Origin: an uncultured bacterium
GTDB taxonomy: Bacteria; Arandabacterota; Arandabacteria; JAGLYR01
Assembly (NCBI GenBank): GCA_964610505.1
Contig: CAZSXU010000007.1
Span: forward strand, 3,594-67,593
Length of the DNA: 64,000 nucleotides
Direction of reading: 5' to 3'
Below are positions 19,644-29,832 of the stretch, in pieces. How positions within the stretch are numbered: the first letter of the stretch is position 1; every line of letters begins with the position of its first letter. The notes under the pieces were generated by a model. It made no database searches. It saw only the letters and a list, made by a program, of their open reading frames with translations, and was not told where the DNA came from. The position numbers were made by a program, and so were the translations under genes.

Positions 19644-20315
19644 GTGATCGTACCGTCGTTGTTGTCGGCTGACTTTTCCCGACTCGAGTTGAGTCTCCGG
19701 GCCGTGGAGCGGACGGGCGTGGAGATGATCTCGCTGGACGTGATGGACGGGCATTTCGTTCCCAATCTGACGTTTGGCCCTCTTATCGTCTCGGCGGTTC
19801 GCAAACTGACGCACCTGCTCATTGAAAATCATCTGATGGTCGATGACCCGGTCCGTTACATCCCGGAGTTTGCCAAAGCGGGGGCCGACTATCTGACGTT
19901 TCACGCCGAAGCGGCTGAAGACGTGGGAGAGGCCGTCGACGCAGTGACGGCCGCGGGGAGTAAGGCGGGTGTTGCCTTGAGGCCCCAGACCGGGTTGGAA
20001 ACCGTCGAGGCTGTACTGGATCGGGTGGACCTGCTGGTGCTGATGACGGTCAACCCCGGGTTCGGGGGGCAGGAATTCATCGAGGACGTTCTACCGAAGA
20101 TCGAGAGAGCCGATGCGCTCAGAAACGAGAAGGGGCATCGTTACCTGATCATGATCGACGGAGGGATCAACGAACGCACGGTTCCTCTGGTGGTCTCGAG
20201 AGGAGCGGACCTTCTGGTGGCCGGATCGGCGGTGTTCGGAACCGGCGACATCGAGGCGGCCGTGGGCCGGCTCTCGGCGGCGGAAGAGGCCGCAAAGACG
20301 GCTGGACGGGGATAA
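19644..20315 (+). CDS. rpe: Ribulose-phosphate 3-epimerase
   Basis: SLLSADF...DVMDGHFVPN...MTVNPGFGGQ motifs. GTG start at 19644. The upstream part of ORF 18891 overlaps the PASTA gene in another frame and is not coding. Confidence 0.85.
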   Translation: MIVPSLLSADFSRLELSLRAVERTGVEMISLDVMDGHFVPNLTFGPLIVSAVRKLTHLLIENHLMVDDPVRYIPEFAKAGADYLTFHAEAAEDVGEAVDAVTAAGSKAGVALRPQTGLETVEAVLDRVDLLVLMTVNPGFGGQEFIEDVLPKIERADALRNEKGHRYLIMIDGGINERTVPLVVSRGADLLVAGSAVFGTGDIEAAVGRLSAAEEAAKTAGRG

Positions 20316-20508
20316 TCCGGGGTGCGGGTTTTGTGTTGCGGCAATGCCTCGGACCTGATAGAATCGGGGTTTTGGCAGTCGAATCCACCCTCCCGGGGGT
20401 GCTCGAAAGTGCCCTCGCGACGGCGGACTGCGCGCCGGGGGGGACTTCGGCCGGAATCCGGGAAGGGTTCCGGCGACTCCGCATGGTCACCCGTGCAAGT
20501 GGGAAACG

Positions 20509-21825
20509 ATGTTCGAGGATCTCAGCGAGAAACTGAATGAGGCGTTTCGAGGGTTCCTGGGAAGAGGCAAGCTCTCCGAGAAGAACATCGAGAGCGGTCT
20601 CCGCGAGGTCAGGCGATCGCTCCTGGAGGCGGACGTTCACTACAGGGTGGCCAAGGATTTCATCGCCTCGGTGAAAAGCCGGGCCGTCGGCCAGGAGGTT
20701 CTGAGCAGCCTGAAGCCCGGCCAACAGGTTGTGAAGATTGTCCACGAAGAGATGATCCGGCTGATGGGATCCGGGTTCGAAGACATTCGGCGTGCGTCGG
20801 CGCCGCCGACGGTGATCCTCCTCGTGGGACTTCAGGGCAGCGGCAAGACGACCCTGGCGGCTAAGCTGGCCCGGCGCATGCTGAAGGCCGGCCACCGGCC
20901 GTTGTTGGTGGCGGCCGACACGGCCCGGCCCGCGGCGGTCGAGCAAATCAAGATCCTCGCCGACGACATCGGGGTCAAGGTCTACGAGCAGGGAAGCGGG
21001 GTCGACCCGGTTCGGGTCGCAGCCGAAGGAGTCAAGGAAGCGGGGCGACTGGGTCTCCCCGTTGTGATCGTGGATTCCCGCGGGCGCTTGCACGTGGAGG
21101 AAGATCTCATGGAGGAGCTTCGCCGGACGAAGCATGAGATTTCTCCTCACGAGACGCTACTGGTGGTGGACGGAATGAGCGGCCAGGATGCCGCCAAGAT
21201 CGCCCACGCCTTTGCCGACGAGATCGGAATCGACGGGGTGGTCCTGACGAAGATGGATGGGGACGCCAGGGGCGGCGCCGCCCTCTCCGTCCGGGCCGTG
21301 AGCGGGAAGCCGATCAAGTTTCTCTCCGTGGGGGAGAAGGTGGAGCAGTTGGAGGCCTTCCACCCCGAGAGAATGGCCTCCCGAATCCTCGGGATGGGGG
21401 ATGTCCTGACCCTCGCCGAGAAGGCCCAGGAGGTGTTTGACCGATCGGAAGCCGAGAAGATGGAGCGAAAGCTTCGCGAGGCGAGTTTCACCCTGGAGGA
21501 CTTTCGCGATCAGCTCCGGCAGGTCAAGAAAATGGGATCGTTCGGTGATCTGGCCAAGATGGTCCCCGGGATGGGGCGGATCAAGGGGTTGGGAGAGCAG
21601 GAGCACCGGCTGGTTAAGATCGAAGCCATGATCAACTCCATGACGCCCGAAGAACGCGAGAACCCCCGGATCATCGATGGAAGCCGGCGGAAGCGAATCT
21701 CAAGGGGAAGCGGGACGCGAGTCGAAGACGTCAATCGCCTCCTCAAGGAATTCGAACAGATTCAGAAACTGATGAAGACCATGAAGAAGAGGGGCCCAAT
21801 GCGCATGCCGCTCACCTTCGGGTAG
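20509..21825 (+). CDS. ffh: Signal recognition particle protein Ffh
   Basis: N, G (GLQGSGKTT) and M domains are present. Confidence 0.95.
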   Translation: MFEDLSEKLNEAFRGFLGRGKLSEKNIESGLREVRRSLLEADVHYRVAKDFIASVKSRAVGQEVLSSLKPGQQVVKIVHEEMIRLMGSGFEDIRRASAPPTVILLVGLQGSGKTTLAAKLARRMLKAGHRPLLVAADTARPAAVEQIKILADDIGVKVYEQGSGVDPVRVAAEGVKEAGRLGLPVVIVDSRGRLHVEEDLMEELRRTKHEISPHETLLVVDGMSGQDAAKIAHAFADEIGIDGVVLTKMDGDARGGAALSVRAVSGKPIKFLSVGEKVEQLEAFHPERMASRILGMGDVLTLAEKAQEVFDRSEAEKMERKLREASFTLEDFRDQLRQVKKMGSFGDLAKMVPGMGRIKGLGEQEHRLVKIEAMINSMTPEERENPRIIDGSRRKRISRGSGTRVEDVNRLLKEFEQIQKLMKTMKKRGPMRMPLTFG

Positions 21826-21896
21826 AGCCATGCCGCGGGTCTCGAAAGGACGGCGGGATTCCGCCATCTCGGTACGACGAAGGAGGTGAGAGTTGC

Positions 21897-22196
21897 GTGG
21901 TCAGAATTAGGTTGTGGCGCGGTGGCAAGAAGAACCGTCCCAGTTATCGGGTGGTTGTCGTGGACAGCAAGAACCGTCGAGACGGCCGGGTGATCGAGAA
22001 CGTCGGGTACTATGACCCGCTGACGGATCCGGCGACGATTCGGCTTTCGATCGATCGAATCCATTCGTGGGTCGGCAAGGGAGCGCAAATGTCCGATTCG
22101 GTACGGTCGCTGATGAAGAAGGCGGAAACGCTTCCCCAGAGCCAGACAACGACTGCTCCCGAACCTGTATCTCCCCCGCCAAGTCCCGAGTCCTGA
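21897..22196 (+). CDS. rpsP: 30S ribosomal protein S16
   Basis: VRIRL.R.G.KK.P.YR.VV N-terminus. Confidence 0.9.
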   Translation: MVRIRLWRGGKKNRPSYRVVVVDSKNRRDGRVIENVGYYDPLTDPATIRLSIDRIHSWVGKGAQMSDSVRSLMKKAETLPQSQTTTAPEPVSPPPSPES

Positions 22197-22326
22197 GCGC
22201 CGGCGCGAGGATGAGGCGCTGCGTAGAAGGCCGATGGCGGAGGGGTGGGGCGTCCCGCGCCCGGTGTGCAGCGGAATGGATGGGCGGATGTCCCGGGCGC
22301 GTCTGTGGTTGGGGGAGTGACGAAGT

Positions 22327-22557
22327 ATGAGAGATCTCATCGAGTATATTGCGAAATCACTCGTCGAGGATGCTGAGCGAGTATCGGTAGAGCGGGTCGA
22401 AGGCGACAAGACGACAATCTACCAGCTGCGCGTATCACCCGAGGATCGGGGTCGCGTGATTGGTCGGCAGGGCCGTACGGCCCGTTCGATTCGAACCGTG
22501 TTGAACGCCGCCGCATCCAAGGTCGGCAAGCGCGTGATTCTGGAGATTGTCGAGTGA
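22327..22557 (+). CDS. KH-domain RNA-binding protein (YlqC/UPF0109 family)
   Basis: 76 aa with a GRVIGRQGRTA KH motif. Conserved position between rpsP and rimM. Confidence 0.8.
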   Translation: MRDLIEYIAKSLVEDAERVSVERVEGDKTTIYQLRVSPEDRGRVIGRQGRTARSIRTVLNAAASKVGKRVILEIVE

Positions 22558-22613
22558 GCCCGGCAGGCGCGTGATTCCGCGAGGGGTCAGATCGACGCCA
22601 TGGGGGTGCCCGG

Positions 22614-23129
22614 ATGGGCCCTGGCCGCAGTGTTACGGTGGGACACATCACGAAACCTCAGGGGTTGAAGGGGGAGGTTCGAGTTTCTCTCTTCGACGGA
22701 TCCGTGGATGTGTTCAGCCGACTCACACGGATGACGGCCGTCAAGCAGGGAGAACCTCTCCGGGTCGTAACCCTTGAGGCCGTGCGGACGCACGGACGCA
22801 CGGTGGTCGCCACATTCATTGAGGCGACCGACCGGGCCGCCGCCGAAAGTCTTGTGGGTTGCGATCTGGAAGTTCCGGAAGAGGATATCCCCCGGCTCCC
22901 CTCGGGTGAGTTCTACACCTACCAGCTGGAGGGGCTGGAGGTCGTTACGGAAACGGGCGAACCCTTGGGTACGGTGAAAGAAGTACTCGGCATGCCCGCC
23001 CATGACGTGTACGTGGTCCGGGACGGGACCCGGGAGGTGATGCTTCCCGCGACCGAGGAAGTGATCAAGGACATCGACCTGGAGAAGGGACGCGTCATCG
23101 TGCACCTTCTCGAAGGACTGTTGGACTGA
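22614..23129 (+). CDS. rimM: Ribosome maturation factor RimM
   Basis: GHI.KPQGLKGEV N-terminus and PRC barrel. Confidence 0.85.
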   Translation: MGPGRSVTVGHITKPQGLKGEVRVSLFDGSVDVFSRLTRMTAVKQGEPLRVVTLEAVRTHGRTVVATFIEATDRAAAESLVGCDLEVPEEDIPRLPSGEFYTYQLEGLEVVTETGEPLGTVKEVLGMPAHDVYVVRDGTREVMLPATEEVIKDIDLEKGRVIVHLLEGLLD

Positions 23130-23136
23130 GGCGCCC

Positions 23137-23889
23137 ATGCAGATCGACGTGGTGACGATATTCCCCGAGATCTTCGAGGGCTTCCTGACCCAGAGCATCC
23201 TCGGATCCGCCCAGGAGCGCGGGCTCGTGGATATCCGGCTCCATCCCCTTCGGTCTTTCGCCGACGGCAAGAGGCAGGACGTGGACGACTACCCCTTCGG
23301 GGGAGGGGCGGGAATGGTGATGAAACCCGAACCCATCATCCGCGCCGTAGAATATCTGCTGGAACAACGGGGCGAGGGTCGGGAGAACTCGAGAGTGATC
23401 CTGACCAGCGCCCAGGGGGCCCGCTACGATCAGGAAATGGCGAAACGGTTTGCCCGGGCGTCTCACCTGATTCTCATCGCGGGGCGCTACAAGGGGGTAG
23501 ACGAACGGGTGATCGAGGGATGGGTCACGGATGAAGTCTCGACCGGGGACTACGTGTTCTCGGGAGGAGAGATCCCGGTCATGGGGATCATCGACTCCGT
23601 GGTGAGGCTGCTGCCCGGCGTCGTGGGGAATTTCGAATCTGTTGAATCGGACTCATTTCATGATATAATCCTAGGCAGTCCCCACTATACACGACCGGCG
23701 GAGTTCCGGGGACGCTCCGTCCCGACCGTGCTTCTGTCGGGAAACCATGAAGAAATTAGGCTGTGGCGCCGCCGGGAAGCGCTCAGGCGTACCCTACGGC
23801 GAAGGCCGGATCTGATGGCGGCTGCGGGCCTGAGTGATGAGGATCGTCGCCTCATTCAAGAGATCCTCGCCGGAGAAGAAAACTCATAA
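23137..23889 (+). CDS. trmD: tRNA (guanine37-N1)-methyltransferase
   Basis: Conserved TrmD core (DDYPFGGGAGMVMKPEP). Confidence 0.95.
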   Translation: MQIDVVTIFPEIFEGFLTQSILGSAQERGLVDIRLHPLRSFADGKRQDVDDYPFGGGAGMVMKPEPIIRAVEYLLEQRGEGRENSRVILTSAQGARYDQEMAKRFARASHLILIAGRYKGVDERVIEGWVTDEVSTGDYVFSGGEIPVMGIIDSVVRLLPGVVGNFESVESDSFHDIILGSPHYTRPAEFRGRSVPTVLLSGNHEEIRLWRRREALRRTLRRRPDLMAAAGLSDEDRRLIQEILAGEENS

Positions 23890-23910
23890 CGCTGACGCAG
23901 GGGGAATACG

Positions 23911-24255
23911 ATGGGATTGCTTGAATCCGTGGACGCGAGAAACTCGGAGAAGGAGGTGCCCGACTTCAAGCCGGGCGATACGGTGAAAGTCCAGGTCCGA
24001 GTGGTAGAGGGCGAAAAGGAGAGGCTCCAGGCTTTCCAGGGAATCGTCATTCAACGCAAGGGGCAGGGTGCCAGGGAGACCTTCACCGTGCGGAGGGTTA
24101 CCGGGGGAATCGGCGTCGAGCGCGTCTTCGCGCTGCGTTCGCCGAATGTGTCCGGCATCCAGGTCTTGCGGCGCGGCCGGACCCGCCGGGCCAGACTCTT
24201 CTACTTGAGGGACCGCAAGGGAAAGGCGGCTCAGGTACCCGAGAAACGCTTCTAG
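23911..24255 (+). CDS. rplS: 50S ribosomal protein L19
   Basis: Conserved L19 sequence. Confidence 0.95.
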   Translation: MGLLESVDARNSEKEVPDFKPGDTVKVQVRVVEGEKERLQAFQGIVIQRKGQGARETFTVRRVTGGIGVERVFALRSPNVSGIQVLRRGRTRRARLFYLRDRKGKAAQVPEKRF

Positions 24256-24298
24256 CCCGCATGTCCAACCCGCTTTCTGAGCGGGTCCGCGGCCCGGC

Positions 24299-25204
24299 GT
24301 GGAGCGGGCCGAGGAGCCGCGCGTTTCCTTTGGTTTATGGAGTGGAACCGTCGAGGGTTCCCGCATCGCAAGGGCGGATGGAATGACGCTTTCCGAAGAC
24401 GCGTCGGCCGCGCTGGTGAGTGTGGCCCGGGCGCGGCGGACCCTGGTGAATCAGGACTGGAAGGCCGATGAGGCGCTTCTCCAGGCGCTCCTGACCGACG
24501 GCCGGACCGGGATCCGATCGCTGGGAGAGCGGGTGTTGGCTCGCCGGGCGGCACTCGAAGCAGAGGAAGGGCGCCTGCGGTGGATGGTTCGCCTGGAGCA
24601 GACGCACTGGGCGAGCGGGGTCGTCAACGTCGCGGGTGTGGATGAGGCGGGGCGAGGTCCGCTGGCCGGTCCCGTTGTCGCCGCCGCGGTTGTTCTTCGC
24701 CCCGATTCGAGGCTTCCCGGCGTCGACGATTCAAAGCGTGTACACCCTCGGCGGCGGGAGAGTCTGTTTCCTCTGATTCTCCAGGAGGCTCGAGCGGTGG
24801 GGGTGGGGGTGGTGCACCGCGACGAGATCGACCGCCGGAACATACGGGAAGCCAGTTTCCTGGCAATGCGAAAGGCCCTTGGGCGTCTGGCATACGAGCC
24901 GGATGTCGTTCTCGTCGATGGGGAGGCCATTCCCGGTCTCTCGTTTCGCCAGAAGGGAATTCCCAAGGGAGACCAGCAGTCTCTCTCCATCGCCGCCGCG
25001 TCCATCGTTGCCAAGGTTGTCCGGGATCGTATCATGACGGTTCTCGATCGGAAGTACCCGGGGTACGGGTTCGGGCGGCACAAGGGCTACGGAACGGTTC
25101 TGCACCGGGAGGCGATCGCCAGGCTGGGACTGTGTTCGATTCATCGGCGAACCTTCTGTCACGCGGCGACGTCCGTTCGGGGGCAACCGGATCCGTCAAG
25201 GTGA
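24299..25204 (+). CDS. rnhB: Ribonuclease HII with an N-terminal extension of about 100 aa
   Basis: RNase HII core begins at GVDEAGRGPLAGPVV. Alternative start at the Met at 24383. Confidence 0.85.
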   Translation: MERAEEPRVSFGLWSGTVEGSRIARADGMTLSEDASAALVSVARARRTLVNQDWKADEALLQALLTDGRTGIRSLGERVLARRAALEAEEGRLRWMVRLEQTHWASGVVNVAGVDEAGRGPLAGPVVAAAVVLRPDSRLPGVDDSKRVHPRRRESLFPLILQEARAVGVGVVHRDEIDRRNIREASFLAMRKALGRLAYEPDVVLVDGEAIPGLSFRQKGIPKGDQQSLSIAAASIVAKVVRDRIMTVLDRKYPGYGFGRHKGYGTVLHREAIARLGLCSIHRRTFCHAATSVRGQPDPSR

Positions 25205-25605
25205 GGATCGGAGGGACTCCGGTGGTCGGTTCTCACGAGTTCGGGCGGGAGGGGGAGCAGGCGGCCGTGCGGTATCTCGAGGCCAAGGGTTACCGCGTTT
25301 TGGATACGAATTACCGGTGGCACCGGGCTGAAATCGATGTCATTGCCAAGGACGGGAATCAGCTGGTATTCGTCGAGGTGAAGGCTCGGAAGGGGGACAG
25401 TTTCGGATCCCCCGAAGGCGCGGTCGACCGCAGGAAGCAAGACCAGATCGCGAAAGTCGCGGCCCATTACCTCCAGATGCACGGAATGGAGGAGACGGAC
25501 TGCCGTTTCGATGTTCTGGCCCTGAGGGAGACTCCCGGTTCGGGGAATCTGGTGATTGACCACTTCGAGGACGCCTTCTGGATTGAACGGCGCTTCATGC
25601 TGTAA
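25201..25605 (+). CDS. YraN family (UPF0102) endonuclease
   Basis: GE..A..YL...G..VL..N.R...EIDVIA..G..LVFVEVK motif. Probable GTG start overlaps the rnhB stop. The ORF opens at 25132. Confidence 0.75.
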   Translation: MRIGGTPVVGSHEFGREGEQAAVRYLEAKGYRVLDTNYRWHRAEIDVIAKDGNQLVFVEVKARKGDSFGSPEGAVDRRKQDQIAKVAAHYLQMHGMEETDCRFDVLALRETPGSGNLVIDHFEDAFWIERRFML

Positions 25606-25722
25606 CGCCGCGTTTCGCGGAGCGGGCATGCTGCCCGGCGTTTTTCGTACGGCCCGAGCATGCAGGGGTGGTGTGGGGAAGAGGCGCGGTGATGGGAGAT
25701 CCGGCATCGACCTGCGGGGGTC

Positions 25723-25851
25723 ATGTTGAAATTTCTCATTGTGATCGGGCTGGTGGTGCTGGTGGCCAACGCGCTGGTGGTCCTCATGGTGGGCGTGGTC
25801 ATGTTGGTGGATTGGGTCCGGGAACGCCAGCGCGTCCAGCGGAATCCGTGA
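25723..25851 (+). CDS. Candidate small membrane protein (42 aa, one TM helix, basic C-terminus); not in the ORF track
   Basis: Reads MLKFLIVIGLVVLVANALVVLMVGVVMLVDWVRERQRVQRNP*, preceded by a G-rich RBS. Hydrophobic, helix-like composition. Confidence 0.3.
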   Translation: MLKFLIVIGLVVLVANALVVLMVGVVMLVDWVRERQRVQRNP

Positions 25852-25893
25852 AATCCGCGAAGCATTTTCCATTAGGAAGGGGACGGGTCAAGA

Positions 25894-26772
25894 ATGAGAA
25901 TCGATCGACGGCGCGAGGGGAGTGGATACAAGGTCCTCACGGCACTCCTTCTGATGATGGCTATGGGCTCGGTGACTCTCTCCGCCGGTTGCGGCCGCGC
26001 GGAGAAGCACTTCAAAGCGGGCGAACATCTGGCTGCGGCCGGACAGTATGACGCGGCGATCCTTGAATACCGGAAGGCGATTCGGCAGGATCCCCGCCAT
26101 ACGCGTGCGCACAACGCGCTTGGAATCATTTACGGCGAACGGGGACTTCTGGACGCGGCGATCGCGGAGTTCCGGCACGCCGTGTTGTCCGATACGACCT
26201 ACGCGATGGCGCACTACAATCTGGGCAATGCGCTCAAGGCGAAGCACCAGTTTCAGGAGGCGCTCTTCAACTACCAACGGGCCTTACGCCTGGATCCGGA
26301 CCTGGCAATGGCCTACTACAGCATGGGCAATCTGTTCTTTGAGATCGGCGATCGTCCTCAGGCGATGGAATCCTACAGGAGGGCGCTGCAGCTCCAGCCG
26401 GACTACGTCGTGTGCTACCAGGCGATGGGTGACCTGCTGATTGTGGAGGAGATGATTGAAGAAGCTCTCGAGGCCCACCGAACAGCGGTGCGTCTGAGAC
26501 CCGATCATCCGCAGACCCTCGCGGGGCTGGCGACCGCGTTCATGGTGACTGGGTCACCGGATTCGGCCGTCCTGTACTACACTCAGGCCTTGACGATGGA
26601 CCCCGGGCTCGTGTTCGCCCGCATGAACCTGGGTGGACTGCTTATCGGCAGGGGTGACGCCGTGGGTGCCATCGAACAGTGGGAGCGGGTCCTGGATATC
26701 CAACCTACGGGCGCGTTGGCGGACTCGATACGGCTCAACATCGAACGAGCCCGGACGCAACTGGAGCGGTAG
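25894..26772 (+). CDS. TPR-repeat lipoprotein
   Basis: Lipobox LSAGC followed by multiple TPR units (AHNALG..Y..G, AHYNLGNAL, AYYSMGNLF). Confidence 0.75.
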   Translation: MRIDRRREGSGYKVLTALLLMMAMGSVTLSAGCGRAEKHFKAGEHLAAAGQYDAAILEYRKAIRQDPRHTRAHNALGIIYGERGLLDAAIAEFRHAVLSDTTYAMAHYNLGNALKAKHQFQEALFNYQRALRLDPDLAMAYYSMGNLFFEIGDRPQAMESYRRALQLQPDYVVCYQAMGDLLIVEEMIEEALEAHRTAVRLRPDHPQTLAGLATAFMVTGSPDSAVLYYTQALTMDPGLVFARMNLGGLLIGRGDAVGAIEQWERVLDIQPTGALADSIRLNIERARTQLER

Positions 26773-26875
26773 GCGCAACCATGGTATGGGGCAACGCGGT
26801 GACGCCAGGCCTTGGGGTCGTCCGCCCCCGTCCTCCGATCGAGCACTCCACAGCTCCGGGGTTCTGTACGTTCGA

Positions 26876-27505
26876 TTACTCCGGGACTCGTTCTTGAATC
26901 TCTATCCCGGCGATTCGATCCCCGCTCTCCAGTCGATCGACAACGTCCATTTCCCCGATGACTTCGCCGAAGATTGTATGCCGGCCGTCGAGCACGGGGA
27001 GATCGGCAAGGCAGATGAAGAACTGGGAACCGTTCGTGTCCACGCGGCCCTGATTGGCCATGGAGACCACGCCGCGCAGGTGCATTCGAGAACCGATCTC
27101 ATCGGCGAATAGGTAGCCGGGTCCGCCGCTCCCGGTTCCCGTCGGATCACCCGCCTGCGCTACGAATCCGGGAACGACTCGGTGGAATGTGAGACCGTTG
27201 TAGAACCCGAGGTTTGCGAGATGAATGAAGTTGGAGACGGTGTAGGGGGCCTCCTCTGCGAAGAGCGAAAGCGTCACGGTGCCCCGGTCGGTCCGTAGAT
27301 GTGCCTCATACGTCGTTCCCGTCTTGACGATCGGCCCGTCGAGGGGATCGACGACCGTCGGCCGGGACGCCCCCGGGTCCGTCTCGAAGCCGGAGGAGGT
27401 GTCCCGGGATCCCCGGTTCGATTCACAGCCCGACCCCGACAGCACACTGAGGAGCAACACCGCTGCCAGCGGACGGGCCCTGGCGTGCACCCAACGACGG
27501 ATCAT
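26876..27505 (-). CDS. Peptidyl-prolyl cis-trans isomerase, cyclophilin type, lipoprotein
   Basis: Cyclophilin motifs (FHRVVPGFVAQAGDP, MANQG) and lipobox SGSGC. Confidence 0.9.
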   Translation of the reverse strand: MIRRWVHARARPLAAVLLLSVLSGSGCESNRGSRDTSSGFETDPGASRPTVVDPLDGPIVKTGTTYEAHLRTDRGTVTLSLFAEEAPYTVSNFIHLANLGFYNGLTFHRVVPGFVAQAGDPTGTGSGGPGYLFADEIGSRMHLRGVVSMANQGRVDTNGSQFFICLADLPVLDGRHTIFGEVIGEMDVVDRLESGDRIAGIEIQERVPE

Positions 27506-28398
27506 CCTTGTCCCCCGCCTCTCTCCAGCAGATTCTCTGCAAGCTCGATCTCCCGCGCCAGCTCGGCCTCTGAAGACCCGGGAATCTCGAGGATCACAGG
27601 TCTTCTCCTCAGAAACGACGCGAGAGAATCGAGATCGACACTTCCCCTTCCAATCCCAAGATGATCCGTCTTGCCCTTCCGATCGTGGAGATGGAAGTGA
27701 TGAATCCTCGGTTCGGCCTCGCGAAGAAAACCCGCCAGGGAGCCGTAGGCCTCATAGGGCATGAGTCGCGACAGCCCAAAGGACCGAGACCACCATTGGT
27801 CAAGTCTCGGCAGGAGGCGGGATGCAACGCGGCGATGGTCCCATAGCCGTTGGTGCGCGTGCCCGACGTCTACACAGATGCGGGCGCCGTCTCCGTCAAT
27901 GGTCTCGACCACGTCCAGAAGGCGATCGAGCCGGACCAGGCACTCACCGTTTTCGATGCAGAACGTCATCCCGTGGCCGGCGGCCCTTTCCACCATCTCG
28001 GCGAACACGTCGATCCAGAGAGATCTCTCCACGCTCCAATCCCCTCCGTTGCATGAACCGCTTGCATGGGTCACCACGTAGGTCATCTCCATTCGCGCGG
28101 ACAACTCGATGGCCTCCTGAATCTGGCTGCGGGATTCCTCTCGAATTCCGGTGTTGGTCGCAATCGGATTGAGATCGAGGAAAGGAAGGTGTGCGCCTCG
28201 GATGGGAAATCGCTCGGCGAAGGACCGTACTCGTTCTTCGGGAACGTCCCAGGGCCACTTGCGAACCGGGCCGGGACGGACCTGCAGATTGATCTCGAAG
28301 GCGGTGAGGCCGAAGCGATCGGCCAGCCGCCCGTATGTCTCGAGGGCTTCCTCGAGGGTAAAGCCGTAGAACGCGCTGAGTGAGAGACCGAGATCCAT
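27502..28398 (-). CDS. Sugar phosphate isomerase/epimerase (TIM barrel)
   Basis: Xylose-isomerase-like TIM-barrel signature. Overlaps the ppi gene by 4 nt. Confidence 0.75.
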   Translation of the reverse strand: MDLGLSLSAFYGFTLEEALETYGRLADRFGLTAFEINLQVRPGPVRKWPWDVPEERVRSFAERFPIRGAHLPFLDLNPIATNTGIREESRSQIQEAIELSARMEMTYVVTHASGSCNGGDWSVERSLWIDVFAEMVERAAGHGMTFCIENGECLVRLDRLLDVVETIDGDGARICVDVGHAHQRLWDHRRVASRLLPRLDQWWSRSFGLSRLMPYEAYGSLAGFLREAEPRIHHFHLHDRKGKTDHLGIGRGSVDLDSLASFLRRRPVILEIPGSSEAELAREIELAENLLERGGGQG

Positions 28399-28725
28399 AG
28401 CGCGGGAGCGTAGCAGGTGAGGAAAGGGGTGTCAAGTTGGGACCACCCGGGGCTGGGGGTAGGGAGATGGCGGGAGTGGGAAATCGCGGGTCCACGCGAC
28501 ACGGCGCCTGGGCGATGCGGCCACGGAGACACAATCCTGACCTGGATCATGGATCATCCAGACTAGCCCTTGCATTCCTCGCGCGGACGGTGCACAGTGA
28601 AAAGCAATCGACGCGTGAGGTCGACGGTTGAATTGTGTGGCGGAACCCTATGGCACGGATGAGCGGTGAATCAACCGCGTACGGTCGGGGAACTACGCGC
28701 TCAGCAGACAACGAAAGGAGCGGCA

Positions 28726-29172
28726 ATGAACTTGAGGACCAAGATAGGAATCGTGATCTGCGACCGGTACCGACGCTGTGCTGGGGGGAAATGTCTCCGC
28801 GCGATGAGGAACAGGGAAGGTGCTTTTTCCACGTACACCGACACCGATCTGGAATTGGTCGGCTACACCACCTGCGATGGGTGTCCCGGCGGCAACATCG
28901 AGTACGCGGGCGACGAGATGGTGAAGAGCGGAGCGGAGGTGGTCCACCTGGCCACGGGCCTGGTCGTCGGCTACCCTCCCTGTCCGTACATTGACGTGTT
29001 CAAGACCTTCCTGGAGAAGCGATACGGGATCCGGGTCGTCGTGGGTACACACCCGATACCGGAAAAGTACCTGGATATGCACACGCAACTTGGAACCTGG
29101 GAAGATCCTGAGTGGAAGCCCCTCATCCAACCGACTCTGGCGGACGAGGCAACCCGTAGGGACTACGACTAA
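28726..29172 (+). CDS. CGGC-domain protein
   Basis: CDRYRRCAGGKC...CDGCPGG Cys motifs. ATG at 28726 lies 5 nt after an AAAGGAG RBS. Confidence 0.7.
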   Translation: MNLRTKIGIVICDRYRRCAGGKCLRAMRNREGAFSTYTDTDLELVGYTTCDGCPGGNIEYAGDEMVKSGAEVVHLATGLVVGYPPCPYIDVFKTFLEKRYGIRVVVGTHPIPEKYLDMHTQLGTWEDPEWKPLIQPTLADEATRRDYD

Positions 29173-29418
29173 CCCGGACGATGCACAAGTTCCGAAGCCG
29201 GGTGGGTGCATCGCCCGGGCTGAGAAGCAGAGAAATGGAGAAGCAGATGCCCGAAAACGGCATCCTGGTGTACCCAGGGCACAGTGGGGCGGTTGAGAAC
29301 GCCCTCTTCCTCCGCATGCGGAGAGGACATCGGGACTCAGCGCCTCGACGCGCTCGGGACAGGCTCAGGATGAACGGTTGAGAGGTTCTTTGGCGGCTCC
29401 CTGCTTCTCCGGGGGAAA

Positions 29419-29832
29419 CTATGCCTGTTTCGGCCGATACACGGCCGCGGCCACGGCACCCGCGATGATCATCTCCACAACACTCGCGATGAACCAGTAC
29501 ACCGCAAGGATGAACGGCAGCGGATACATTGCGTAGCTGCCGAAGGCCATCGGGAAGCCCATGAAGACGCCGATGTAGAGCCCGAACCGGATCCCCTCCG
29601 CGATGCCCCGGCCCTCGTAGCCCTTCGTGAAGATCAATACGAAGAAGATCGTGAAGATGAGCGTCCCGAGCCACATGAGCGGGAACAGCTTCTGCATCTC
29701 CGCGTCGGCGCGCCACAGATGGGAGACCTGATCGTAGAGATCTGCGAGGAGGACCATGTGGACGAGGGCATCAATGAGCATGTACGCCACGAAGACCACC
29801 AGCACCGAGAGCCAGAACCGCTTCACGTTCAT
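29419..29832 (-). CDS. DUF1761 family membrane protein
   Basis: 137 aa with four predicted TM helices. Start MNVKRF at 29832 with an AAGGAGGA RBS. The ORF extension to 30090 is rejected. Confidence 0.65.
   Translation of the reverse strand: MNVKRFWLSVLVVFVAYMLIDALVHMVLLADLYDQVSHLWRADAEMQKLFPLMWLGTLIFTIFFVLIFTKGYEGRGIAEGIRFGLYIGVFMGFPMAFGSYAMYPLPFILAVYWFIASVVEMIIAGAVAAAVYRPKQA

Noticed and set aside
20316-20508. SRP RNA (ffs) in the GC-rich rpe-ffh intergenic region
   Set aside because: There is no match to the conserved domain IV motif (GGAA tetraloop with AGGAAGCAGC helix 8). Only generic GC hairpins are present.
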